The notes under the pieces were generated by a model. That model was not told the origin of the DNA. It was given only the letters and a program-made list of their open reading frames with translations, and ran no database searches. From NCBI GenBank assembly GCA_963786935.1, contig CAWBAN010000001.1, positions 608,001 to 672,000 on the forward strand: a stretch of DNA of 64,000 nt. The letters run 5' to 3'. The DNA comes from an uncultured bacterium. Its GTDB lineage: Bacteria > Krumholzibacteriota > Krumholzibacteriia > Krumholzibacteriales > Krumholzibacteriaceae. The translations under genes were made by a program, and so were the position numbers. Positions 49,730-58,689 of the stretch are shown here, piece after piece. How positions within the stretch are numbered: the stretch's first letter is position 1; each line of letters opens with the position of its first letter.

Positions 49730-50746
49730 TTGAGCATTCTCGTCGATGAAAAAACCCGCGTGATAGTCCAGGGAATTACGGGCCGGGACGGCGCGTTCCA
49801 CGCGAGCCAGATGATCGCGTACGGGACGAAGGTCGTGGGCGGCGTCACGCCGGGCAAGGGCGGGCAGAAGACCGAGAGCGGCGTTCCCATATTCAACACG
49901 ATGGCCGAGGCGGTCGGCGAGACGGGAGCCGACGCGAGCGTCATCTACGTGCCGGCGGCGTTCGCGACCGACGCGATCTGCGAGGCGGCGGACGCCGGCA
50001 TCACGCTCGTCGTGTGCATCACCGAGGGGGTGCCGGTGCTCGACATGGTGCGCGTCATTCCGTACCTTCGCGAGCGCGGCGCGCGCCTCATCGGCCCGAA
50101 CTGTCCGGGCATCATTTCCCCCGGGAAATGCAAGGTCGGGATCATGCCGGGAGGCATTCATACGCGCGGTCCGGTCGGCGTCGTCTCGCGGAGCGGGACG
50201 CTCACGTACGAGATCGACTATCATCTGACGAAGAGCGGATTCGGGCAGTCGTCCTGCCTCGGCATCGGCGGCGATCCGGTCGTCGGCACGAATATCCTCG
50301 ACGCCCTCGAGCTCTTCGCGAAGGACGACGAGACCGAGTGCGTCGTCCTGATCGGGGAGATCGGCGGGAGCGACGAGGAGGAGGCGGCGGCCCTCATCGC
50401 GCGGGGCTACCCGAAGAAGGTCGCCGCGTTCATCGCGGGGCAGACGGCGCCTCCGGGGAAGCGCATGGGGCACGCCGGCGCGATCGTCTCGGGGGGGACC
50501 GGAACGGCGGCCGAGAAGATCGCCGCGTTCAAGGCGGTCGGCGTCGACGTCGCCGCGATTCCCGGGGAGATCGTGGGGCTCGTGTCGCGGCTCATCTCCA
50601 AGAAGGGCTCCGCGAAGCCCGGCGCGAAGCGCGCCGCGAAGCCCGGTCCGAAGCGCGCGACGAAGCACGCGCGGAAGAGCGCGACGAAATCCGCGCCGAA
50701 ACGGGCCGCCCGGCCGGCGCGAAAAGGTACCAGGAAATCGCGATGA
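49730..50746 (+). CDS. sucD: Succinyl-CoA synthetase alpha subunit with basic C-terminal extension
   Basis: [34 protein letters not shown] phospho-His. Confidence 0.96.
   Translation: MSILVDEKTRVIVQGITGRDGAFHASQMIAYGTKVVGGVTPGKGGQKTESGVPIFNTMAEAVGETGADASVIYVPAAFATDAICEAADAGITLVVCITEGVPVLDMVRVIPYLRERGARLIGPNCPGIISPGKCKVGIMPGGIHTRGPVGVVSRSGTLTYEIDYHLTKSGFGQSSCLGIGGDPVVGTNILDALELFAKDDETECVVLIGEIGGSDEEEAAALIARGYPKKVAAFIAGQTAPPGKRMGHAGAIVSGGTGTAAEKIAAFKAVGVDVAAIPGEIVGLVSRLISKKGSAKPGAKRAAKPGPKRATKHARKSATKSAPKRAARPARKGTRKSR
50612..50707 (+). repeat. 8 x 12-bp degenerate tandem repeat encoding xKxx tetrapeptides
   Basis: gcgaagcccggc gcgaagcgcgcc gcgaagcccggt ccgaagcgcgcg acgaagcacgcg ... encodes [32 protein letters not shown]. 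Confidence 0.85.
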
Positions 50747-50786
50747 GCCGGACGCCCCCGCGGGGGGGCCGGCGACGGAGGTCTTC

Positions 50787-51191
50787 GTGGACAGAACGTT
50801 TCTCATGATAAAGCCGGAAGCGGTGAAGGGCGGCAAAGCGGGGGAGATCATCGATCTTCTCATCAAGAACCGGTTCCGCGTCGTCAGGATGCAGCAGTTC
50901 GTTTTCGAGCCGCCGCGGGCCCGATCGTTCTACGCCGTCCACGACGGGAAGCATTTCTTCGCGGACCTCGTCGCCTATATCACGTCCGGCGACGTCGTCG
51001 GAGTCGAGCTCGAGAAGGAGGGGGCCGTCGAGCTCCTGCGCGAGCTCGTCGGCGCGACCGATCCGGCGAAAGCGCGTCCGGGCACGATCAGGTACATGTA
51101 CGGCACCGATCTGCAGCGGAATGCGGTGCACGCGTCCGATTCGCGGGAATCCGCGGAAAAAGAGCTTGCCATCGTATTTCATGAAAAATAA
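50787..51191 (+). CDS. ndk: Nucleoside diphosphate kinase
   Basis: RTFLMIKP, GATDP, PGTIR, NAVHASDS. Confidence 0.96.
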   Translation: MDRTFLMIKPEAVKGGKAGEIIDLLIKNRFRVVRMQQFVFEPPRARSFYAVHDGKHFFADLVAYITSGDVVGVELEKEGAVELLRELVGATDPAKARPGTIRYMYGTDLQRNAVHASDSRESAEKELAIVFHEK

Positions 51192-51203
51192 TATTATACC
51201 CTC

Positions 51204-51740
51204 ATGAACGACGATGCGGACGCCATGAAGCTCGATCTCGATCGCGTCGAGAAGCGGTCGAACTTTTCGTTCGAGCGGACATTCGAGCTTCCGACGCCCG
51301 ACGGGGGAGCCGCGGAATGCGCCGCGGCGGCCGAGGTCGCCGTCACCAGATCGGTGAACCGCTACACGATCGAAGCGCGCGTGAAGGGGATCGTTCGCGT
51401 GGAGTGTAATCGCTGCCTCGAGCCCTTCGAACTGCCGCTTGAAACGTCGGTTACGGTCATCGTGAACCGGGGGGAGGCGTCGCCGCCCGTCGAGGACGAG
51501 GTGGACGACGTGGTGTCGGTTCCGCTCTCCGGGGAGGCGTCGTTCGACCTGTTCCCGCGGGTCCGGGAATCGCTCATTCTGGAGATGCCGATCAAGCTCC
51601 TGTGCCGCGAGGATTGCAAGGGCGTCTGCGTGAAATGCGGGGCGAATCTCAACGCCGGGGAGTGCGGATGCGATGCCCGGACCGGCGATCCGCGCTGGGG
51701 AGCCCTGAAAAAATTCTTGAATAGAGAGGATAAAACGTAA
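51204..51740 (+). CDS. yceD: YceD/DUF177 23S rRNA accumulation protein
   Basis: CNRCL, LCREDCKGVCVKCGANLN, DPRW; directly before rpmF. Confidence 0.9.
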   Translation: MNDDADAMKLDLDRVEKRSNFSFERTFELPTPDGGAAECAAAAEVAVTRSVNRYTIEARVKGIVRVECNRCLEPFELPLETSVTVIVNRGEASPPVEDEVDDVVSVPLSGEASFDLFPRVRESLILEMPIKLLCREDCKGVCVKCGANLNAGECGCDARTGDPRWGALKKFLNREDKT

Positions 51741-51786
51741 ATATTTCCCCGAACCGGCATCGCGATACGAAACGAGGAGGAATCCC

Positions 51787-51978
51787 ATGGCAAATCCGAA
51801 ACATCGCCATTCAAAGACACGGGGACGGAAGCGGAGAACGCACTATAAGGCCGAAGCGCCGTCGCTCTCGCAGTGCTCCCACTGTCACCAGCCGAAACCG
51901 CCGCACACCGTGTGCCCGAATTGCGGGTACTACGCGGGCCGCGAGGTAGTCAAGCCGAAGGTCGAGGAAGGGAAATAG
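51787..51978 (+). CDS. rpmF: 50S ribosomal protein L32 (Zn-binding form)
   Basis: MANPKHRHSKTR, CxxC...HxxCxxCGYY. Confidence 0.96.
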   Translation: MANPKHRHSKTRGRKRRTHYKAEAPSLSQCSHCHQPKPPHTVCPNCGYYAGREVVKPKVEEGK

Positions 51979-51996
51979 CCTCGTCCCGGAGGACCC

Positions 51997-52992
51997 ATGA
52001 AAATCGCCCTCGATGCCATGGGCGGCGATAAGGCCCCGGTCGGAATCGTCGAAGGCGCGTTCGAAGCCGCGCGCGAGGCGTCCGAAAGGGTCGAAGTCGT
52101 CCTCGTCGGAAAACGCGACCTCCTCGAGGCGTATATCGGGGAGCGCCGTCTCGCGGCGCCCAACGTTGAGATCGTCGACGCGCCCGAGGTCGTCGAGATG
52201 TCGGAGAGCCCCGCCACGGCGATCCGCAGGAAGCGCGCTTCATCGATCGCGGTCGGGATGAATCTCCACCGGGAGGGGAAGGTCAAGGCCTTCGTGAGCG
52301 CGGGCAACACGGGGGCGGTCGTCGCGAGCTCCCTCCTCACGCTCGGCCGGCTCCCCGGCATCGAGCGCCCCGCGATCGCCATCCACATGCCGACCGAGGG
52401 CGGGAACACCGTCCTCATCGACGGCGGCGCGAATTCGGACTGCGATCCGCACAACCTGCTCCAGTTCGCCTTCATGGGATCGGTGTACGCCGAGACCTAT
52501 CATGGCACGAAGAATCCGCGCGTCGGGCTCCTCAGCATCGGCGAGGAACGGTCGAAGGGGAACGAGCTGACGCGCGCCTCGTACGAGCTTCTCGAGAAAA
52601 GCGGTCTCAATTTCGCGGGGAACGTCGAGGGGCGCGACGTTTTCTCGGGTGCGGCGGACGTCGTCGTGACGGACGGATTCGTCGGCAACGTCGTTTTGAA
52701 ATTTACAGAATCCATCATTTATTATATAAACACCCTCATCAGGGAGGAGACCGGCAAGCACGCGCTCGCGAAGATCGGCGCGGGGCTCATGCGGCCGGCC
52801 TTCCGGGGCGTCAAGCGCAAGCTCGACTACGCCGAGTACGGCGGCATGCCGCTCCTCGGGGTGAACGGCGTCGTCATCATCAGCCACGGGAAGAGCTCCG
52901 CGCGGGCCATCAAGAACGCGATATTGGCCGCCGAGCGATTCGTCGCGGGCGGCGTGAACGACAGGATTCGGCAGCAGATCGAGAGGTCGTAG
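51997..52992 (+). CDS. plsX: Phosphate acyltransferase
   Basis: IALDAMGGD, SAGNTGA, GNVEG, DGFVGN, HGKS. Confidence 0.96.
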   Translation: MKIALDAMGGDKAPVGIVEGAFEAAREASERVEVVLVGKRDLLEAYIGERRLAAPNVEIVDAPEVVEMSESPATAIRRKRASSIAVGMNLHREGKVKAFVSAGNTGAVVASSLLTLGRLPGIERPAIAIHMPTEGGNTVLIDGGANSDCDPHNLLQFAFMGSVYAETYHGTKNPRVGLLSIGEERSKGNELTRASYELLEKSGLNFAGNVEGRDVFSGAADVVVTDGFVGNVVLKFTESIIYYINTLIREETGKHALAKIGAGLMRPAFRGVKRKLDYAEYGGMPLLGVNGVVIISHGKSSARAIKNAILAAERFVAGGVNDRIRQQIERS

Positions 52993-52994
52993 CG

Positions 52995-53993
52995 ATGATC
53001 CCCACGGGCGGGCACGGGAGCGCGAGATTCGCCGGCATGGGCTATTATCTGCCCGAGACCGTGCTGTCCAATTTCGATCTCGAGAAGATGGTCGACACCT
53101 CGGACGAGTGGATCGTCACGAGGACCGGCATCCGGGAGCGGAGAATCGCGAAGCCCGAGGAGGCGGCGAGCGATCTCGCGATCAGGGCCGCGCGCGACGC
53201 GATGGCCGATGCGGGGGTCGGGGCGGGAGACATCGATCTCATCATCGTGGGGACCGCGACTGCGGATTACCCGTTTCCGTCGACGGCCACCGTTCTGCAG
53301 GACCTGATCGGCGCGAAGGACGCGGCCGCGTTCGACGTGGTGGCCGCCTGTTCGGGATTCATCTACGCGATGACGGTCGCTCAAACGATGATCAGCGCGG
53401 GCAAATCGCGTCGCGCGCTCGTCATCGGGGTGGAGACGCTCTCGCGGATCATCGACTACACGGACCGGACCACGTGCGTCCTCTTCGGGGACGGCGCCGG
53501 CGCCGTCGTCATGGAGCCGTGCGAGGCGGGGGACGGGATCCTCGCCACGTTCATGAAGAGCGACGGGAGCTACGCCGATCTTTTGTATCAGCCGGCGGGG
53601 GGGTCGCGGACGCCGCTGACCGAGGAGCGCATCAGGAACCGTGAGCAGTACGTGAAGATGAAGGGGGACGGCCTCTTCAAATACGCGGTCCGCGCCATGG
53701 TCGACGCGGGGGAGGCGGTGCTCACGGAGGCGAACATGAAGATCTCCGACGTCGATTTCGTCGTGCCGCACCAGGCGAATCTGCGGATCATCGAAGGGGT
53801 CCGGACGAGGCTCGGCGTGCCGCCGGAGAAGGTCATCATCAACATAGACCGTGTCGGGAACACGAGCTCCGCGAGCATTCCGATCGCGCTCTGCGAGGCG
53901 AGGGACAAAGGCATCATCAAGCGCGGCGACCGTGTCCTCATGGTCGCCTTCGGCGGCGGGCTCACGTGGGGGGCCGCGCTGCTCAAGTATTGA
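52995..53993 (+). CDS. fabH: 3-oxoacyl-ACP synthase III
   Basis: RTGI, AACSGF, LFGDGAGA, PHQANLRI, GNTSSAS, FGGGLTWG. Confidence 0.96.
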   Translation: MIPTGGHGSARFAGMGYYLPETVLSNFDLEKMVDTSDEWIVTRTGIRERRIAKPEEAASDLAIRAARDAMADAGVGAGDIDLIIVGTATADYPFPSTATVLQDLIGAKDAAAFDVVAACSGFIYAMTVAQTMISAGKSRRALVIGVETLSRIIDYTDRTTCVLFGDGAGAVVMEPCEAGDGILATFMKSDGSYADLLYQPAGGSRTPLTEERIRNREQYVKMKGDGLFKYAVRAMVDAGEAVLTEANMKISDVDFVVPHQANLRIIEGVRTRLGVPPEKVIINIDRVGNTSSASIPIALCEARDKGIIKRGDRVLMVAFGGGLTWGAALLKY

Positions 53994-54018
53994 CCGATCG
54001 AACACGAAGGATTTCGCC

Positions 54019-54960
54019 ATGACGAAGGCGGCGTTTCTGTTTCCGGGGCAGGGTTCCCAGTACGTGGGCATGGGGAAGGATCTCTCGGCGTCCTATCCGC
54101 GGGCGCGGGAGCTCTACGAGGAGGCCGACGAGATTCTCGGCGTTCCGATATCGCGCATCTCATTCGAGGGGGACGCCGAAACGCTCACGGCGACGAAGAA
54201 CGCCCAGCCGGCGCTCCTGCTCCACAGCGTCGTCGTGGCCCGCATCCTGCGCGAGGAGGCCGGGGTCGAGCCGGCGATCGTCGCGGGGCACAGCCTCGGC
54301 GAATATTCCGCGCTCGTGGCGGCGAACGCCCTCGACGAGATGGACGCCCTGCGGATCGTGCGAAAACGCGGCGAGCTCATGTACGAGGCGGGAGTGCGGC
54401 AGCCGGGAACCATGGCGGCGATCATCGGGCTCGAGCGGCCCGACGTCGAGGACGTATGCCGCGAGTCCTCGCTCGGCGGCGATATCGTCGTCGTTGCCAA
54501 CGTCAATTCGCCGGGGCAGATCGTCGTTTCGGGGAATATCGACGCGGTCGGGAGGGCGTGCGCGGCGGCGCAGGCCCGCGGCGCCAAGAAAACGATCCCG
54601 CTCAAGGTGAGCGGCGCGTTTCATTCGCCGCTCGTCGCGGGCGCGCAGCGGGAGCTCGTCGATTACATCACGGGGTTCGCGGTCCGGGACGCGTCGGTCG
54701 GCGTCGTCTGCAACGCGGACGCGAAGATCGTTTCCCGGAAGGACGAGATCGTCGACGCGCTCTCGCGGCAGCTCACGAGCCCGGTGCTCTGGTCCGATTC
54801 GATGGCGGTGCTCCTCTCGTCGTGGAGCGGACCCGTTCTGGAGATCGGGCCGGGCAAGGTGCTCGCGGGACTCCTGAAGCGGATCGACGGCGCGCGTCCG
54901 GTGCAGTCGATCGGCACGGCGGAGGAGCTCGGACGAAGCCTCGCGGGCGAAGCGGCGTGA
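54019..54960 (+). CDS. fabD: Malonyl-CoA:ACP transacylase
   Basis: FPGQGSQ, GHSLGEY, VSGAFHS, EIGPGKVL. Confidence 0.96.
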   Translation: MTKAAFLFPGQGSQYVGMGKDLSASYPRARELYEEADEILGVPISRISFEGDAETLTATKNAQPALLLHSVVVARILREEAGVEPAIVAGHSLGEYSALVAANALDEMDALRIVRKRGELMYEAGVRQPGTMAAIIGLERPDVEDVCRESSLGGDIVVVANVNSPGQIVVSGNIDAVGRACAAAQARGAKKTIPLKVSGAFHSPLVAGAQRELVDYITGFAVRDASVGVVCNADAKIVSRKDEIVDALSRQLTSPVLWSDSMAVLLSSWSGPVLEIGPGKVLAGLLKRIDGARPVQSIGTAEELGRSLAGEAA

Positions 54961-55009
54961 CCGGCGCGTCCGGCCATCGGGCCGGTCTGCCGCGGCGATG
55001 AGGAGCGAT

Positions 55010-55756
55010 ATGGTGAATCTCGAGGGCAAAACGGCGCTCATAACCGGGGCGGGGCAGGGTATCGGCCGCGATATCGCGGCCACGCTCGCCGCCGCGGGGG
55101 CCGATATCGCGGCTCTCGACGTCAATCTCGAGGGCGCGGAGGCGACGGCGAAGCTCGTGCGGGAGCAGGGCCGGAAGAGCGTCGCGCTCGCCTGCGACGT
55201 TTCGATCGCGGCGGACGTCGACCGCTGTGTCGCCGAAGCGCTCGAGGGGCGCGATCAGATCCATATTCTCGTGAACAACGCGGGAATCGCGCGGGACAAT
55301 CTTCTCATCCGCATGAGCGACGCGGAGTGGGAGAGCGTGATGAAGGTCAACCTCACCGGCACCTTCAACGTCACGAAGGCGGTGTCCCGTTCGATGATAA
55401 AGAAACGGTTCGGACGGATCGTGAACATCTCTTCCGTGATCGGGGTGATGGGGAACGCGGGGCAGTGCAACTACGCGGCGAGCAAAGCGGGAATCATCGG
55501 ATTCACGCGGGCCGTCGCGAAGGAGCTCGCGGGGAGAAACATCAATGTGAACGCCATTGCGCCGGGCTTCATCGAAACGGCGATGACGGCCGCGCTGCCG
55601 CAGGAACGGCAGGAGGATATGCGGCGGCTCATTCCGCTCGGGAGGTTCGGCTCCGGAGCGGATGTCGCGAACGTCGTGCTCTTCCTCTGCTCCGATCTCG
55701 GCAGCTACGTCACGGGGCAGGTCATCCACTGCGACGGCGGAATGGTGATGGCGTGA
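55010..55756 (+). CDS. fabG: 3-oxoacyl-ACP reductase
   Basis: TGAGQGIG, NNAGI, YAASK, NAIAPGFI; AGGAG SD before ATG 55010. Confidence 0.95.
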   Translation: MVNLEGKTALITGAGQGIGRDIAATLAAAGADIAALDVNLEGAEATAKLVREQGRKSVALACDVSIAADVDRCVAEALEGRDQIHILVNNAGIARDNLLIRMSDAEWESVMKVNLTGTFNVTKAVSRSMIKKRFGRIVNISSVIGVMGNAGQCNYAASKAGIIGFTRAVAKELAGRNINVNAIAPGFIETAMTAALPQERQEDMRRLIPLGRFGSGADVANVVLFLCSDLGSYVTGQVIHCDGGMVMA

Positions 55757-55786
55757 GAAACCGGTAAGAAGGAGGTCAGGAACGCA

Positions 55787-56026
55787 ATGACTATCGAAGA
55801 ACGGGTCAAGAAGGTCATCGAAGAGCAGCTGTCGGTCAACCAGGATCAGATCACGCGTGAAGCGTCGTTCATCGACGATCTCGGCGCCGATTCGCTCGAC
55901 ACGGTCGAGCTCGTTATGGCGCTCGAGGAGGAGTTCGGCATCGAGATTCCGGACGACGAAGCGGAGAAGATAACGAAGGTGGGAGAGGCGATCGATTACA
56001 TCACCTCCCACGGATCCAAGGAATAA
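55787..56026 (+). CDS. acpP: Acyl carrier protein
   Basis: [20 protein letters not shown]. Confidence 0.98.
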   Translation: MTIEERVKKVIEEQLSVNQDQITREASFIDDLGADSLDTVELVMALEEEFGIEIPDDEAEKITKVGEAIDYITSHGSKE

Positions 56027-56070
56027 CCGGCCCGGGTTCGCCTCCCGGCGTTCGCACAAAAGGGGGTACC

Positions 56071-57312
56071 ATGTCCGCGGACACGAGAAGGGTGGTCGTC
56101 ACCGGCATGGGTCTCGTGGCTCCGTGCGGGTCCACCGTCGCGGAGAACTGGGAGAACATTGCGGCCGGAACCTCGGGCCTCGCGCGCATCACGGCGTTCG
56201 ACGTGAGCGCGTACGACACGAAGATCGGGGGAGAGGTCAAGAACTTCGATCCCGAACGGTACATCGACCGGAAGGAAGCCCGCCGGATGGACCGCTCCGT
56301 CCAGCTCGCCCTCGCCGCCGCGGCCGAGGCCATGGCGGGGCTCGAGGGCGCCTATGAGGCCGAGCGTTTCGGGACGATCATCGGCTCGGGCATCGGCGGC
56401 ATCCTGACGTTCGAAGCGCAGCATTCGGTGCTCGTAGAGAGAGGGCCCTCGCGCATCAGCCCCTTTTTCATCCCGATGATGATCTCGGACATGGCCGCGG
56501 GACAGGTCTCGATCAAATACGGCCTCAAGGGCCCGAACTTCGGGACGGTTTCGGCGTGCGCCTCGGGCGGTCACGCGATCTGCGACGCGTTCATGTACAT
56601 CAGGAGCGGCTTCGCCGACGCGATCCTGACCGGCGGCACCGAGGCGACGATCTCGCCGATGGCGCTCGGGGGATTCTGCTCGATGAAGGCGCTCTCCACG
56701 AGGAACGACGAGCCCGAGCGGGCGAGCCGCCCGTTCGATCGCGACCGCGACGGCTTCGTCATGTCCGAGGGGTCCGGCCTCGTCGTGCTCGAGGAGCTCG
56801 AGCGCGCGAAGGCCCGCGGGGCGGCGATCCTCGCCGAGATCGCCGGCATCGGGCTCAGCGGCGACGCCTATCACATCACGACGCCGGTGCCCGGCGGCGC
56901 GGGCGCCGCGAACGCCATGAAGCAAGCGCTTTGGAGCGCCGGCGTGGCCCCCGAACGGATCGATTACATCAACGCGCACGGCACGTCGACGGCGTACAAC
57001 GACAAGACGGAGTCTGACGCCATCGCCGGCGTGTTCGGGGCGCACGCGCGGAAGGTGCGGGTGAGCTCGACGAAATCGACGCACGGGCATCTCCTCGGCG
57101 CCGCCGCGGCGATCGAGCTCATCACGTGCGTCAAGGCGATCGGCGCGGGGATCATTCCGCCGACGGCGAACCTTGACAATCCGGATCCCGAATGCCCGCT
57201 CAACCACGTGCCCAAGGTCGCCGTCAAGCAGGATCTCGCGTACGTGATGAGCAACTCCTTCGGGTTCGGAGGGCACAACGTGAGCATCGTGCTCAAGAGG
57301 TACGAGTCGTAG
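56071..57312 (+). CDS. fabF: 3-oxoacyl-ACP synthase II
   Basis: RVVVTGMG, SACASG, NAHGTST, GHLLGA, NSFGFGGHN. Confidence 0.97.
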   Translation: MSADTRRVVVTGMGLVAPCGSTVAENWENIAAGTSGLARITAFDVSAYDTKIGGEVKNFDPERYIDRKEARRMDRSVQLALAAAAEAMAGLEGAYEAERFGTIIGSGIGGILTFEAQHSVLVERGPSRISPFFIPMMISDMAAGQVSIKYGLKGPNFGTVSACASGGHAICDAFMYIRSGFADAILTGGTEATISPMALGGFCSMKALSTRNDEPERASRPFDRDRDGFVMSEGSGLVVLEELERAKARGAAILAEIAGIGLSGDAYHITTPVPGGAGAANAMKQALWSAGVAPERIDYINAHGTSTAYNDKTESDAIAGVFGAHARKVRVSSTKSTHGHLLGAAAAIELITCVKAIGAGIIPPTANLDNPDPECPLNHVPKVAVKQDLAYVMSNSFGFGGHNVSIVLKRYES

Positions 57313-57334
57313 AGCGGCCAGGGAGCCCGCGCGC

Positions 57335-58087
57335 ATGAAACGGATTCTCGATGGAATCAGGCGGCTGTTCCGCAGGGGCGGAGACGGCGGCGCGAGCTTT
57401 CCCGAGCTCGAGCTCCTGATCGGCTATCATTTCCTCTCCCGCGAACGGCTCGTCGAGTCGCTCACGCACCGTTCGACCCTCGGCGACCTCAAGCCGGGCA
57501 TGGAGCGCATCTCGTACGAGCGCCTCGAGTTCCTCGGCGATTCGGTGCTGTCGCTCGTGACGAGCGATTTTCTCATGCGGAACTTTCCGGAGGAGAACGA
57601 GGGCCAGCTCACGAAGAAGAAATCGCTCCTCGTGAGCAAGGGCGTCCTGTCGAAGAAGGCGGACGAGATCGGCATCAAGCCGTTCATCATCCTGAGCGAG
57701 AGCGCCGAGCGCGGCGGGGTGGCCGATCAAGACTCCGTGCTGACCGCCGCACTCGAGGCGATCATCGGAGCGATCTATCTCGACGGCGGCTTCGAGCGCG
57801 CGCGCAGCTTCATTGAAGACAAGATCCTCTGCGACATCGAGGAGTTCCTCGAGCACCGCGATCACGTCAATTTCAAGAGCGTTCTCCAGGAGTGGGTCCA
57901 GTCCAAGTACCACAGCTATCCGCGGTACATCGTCAAATCCACGACGGGTCCCGAGCACGATAAGATCTTCATCATCGAGGTGCGGGTCGCCGGGAAGCCG
58001 GTCGGCAAGGGGCGGGGCAAGAGCAAGAAGGATGCCGAGCAGATGGCGGCCAAGGAAGCGCTGCACGCCCTGCGAAAGATCCATTAG
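57335..58087 (+). CDS. rnc: Ribonuclease III
   Basis: ERLEFLGD, EAIIGAIYLD, dsRBD (KSVLQE..GPEH..GKSKKDAEQ). Confidence 0.96.
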   Translation: MKRILDGIRRLFRRGGDGGASFPELELLIGYHFLSRERLVESLTHRSTLGDLKPGMERISYERLEFLGDSVLSLVTSDFLMRNFPEENEGQLTKKKSLLVSKGVLSKKADEIGIKPFIILSESAERGGVADQDSVLTAALEAIIGAIYLDGGFERARSFIEDKILCDIEEFLEHRDHVNFKSVLQEWVQSKYHSYPRYIVKSTTGPEHDKIFIIEVRVAGKPVGKGRGKSKKDAEQMAAKEALHALRKIH

Positions 58088-58101
58088 GAGGAATCCCGGC
58101 A

Positions 58102-58587
58102 GTGGCCATCAAAAAGGCGACCCAGGTGCCGTTCGCCTTCGGCGGGGCGCCCGAGGCGTTCTGCGCCGAATGCAAGCTTCCCTGCAATCTCGAGGAAATG
58201 AGCGTCGACTGCCACCGGCGGTTTTTTCTGCACGGCCTCACGTTCTGCTCCTATTTCGTCCACGGGTATTGTTTCCTGATCGACGTGCCGGGGTGCGTGT
58301 TCGACAACGGCGGCCGGCATGACGAGTATTGGCTCCACCTGCTCCGCGAGTACTTTCACAACGTCGGCGGGGCGGAGGAGAGCGGCGAGTACCGGAAGCG
58401 CCGCGACGAAGCCATCGCGCTCATCGCCGGCCAGATCGAAAACCGCGCCGTGCATCTCTGCCGGTACCTGGAAGAGTACTACAGCGTGATCATGGGAACG
58501 GGGGGCGGGCTCTCCGAGGACATGCTCTCGCGTCTCGACGAGGCGTATCTTTCCCTCCTCAGGGGCATCACGCGAAAACCTGACTGA
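58102..58587 (+). CDS. Hypothetical Cys-rich protein
   Basis: AGGAGG SD right after the rnc stop; 8 Cys including CxxCxxxC; genome-typical codons. Confidence 0.75.
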   Translation: MAIKKATQVPFAFGGAPEAFCAECKLPCNLEEMSVDCHRRFFLHGLTFCSYFVHGYCFLIDVPGCVFDNGGRHDEYWLHLLREYFHNVGGAEESGEYRKRRDEAIALIAGQIENRAVHLCRYLEEYYSVIMGTGGGLSEDMLSRLDEAYLSLLRGITRKPD

Positions 58588-58634
58588 CGCGCGACCGGCG
58601 CGGGCGAATCCCCAGCGATCGACGGCTATATCGT

Positions 58635-58663
58635 TTGCCCGGCCGGTCGCGCTTGGGTATAAT
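58635..58663 (+). promoter_or_regulatory. sigma70 promoter
   Basis: TTGCCC, 17-nt spacer, TATAAT. Confidence 0.7.
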
Positions 58664-58689
58664 TGATGAGGAGTCGAAAGGAACGCGCC

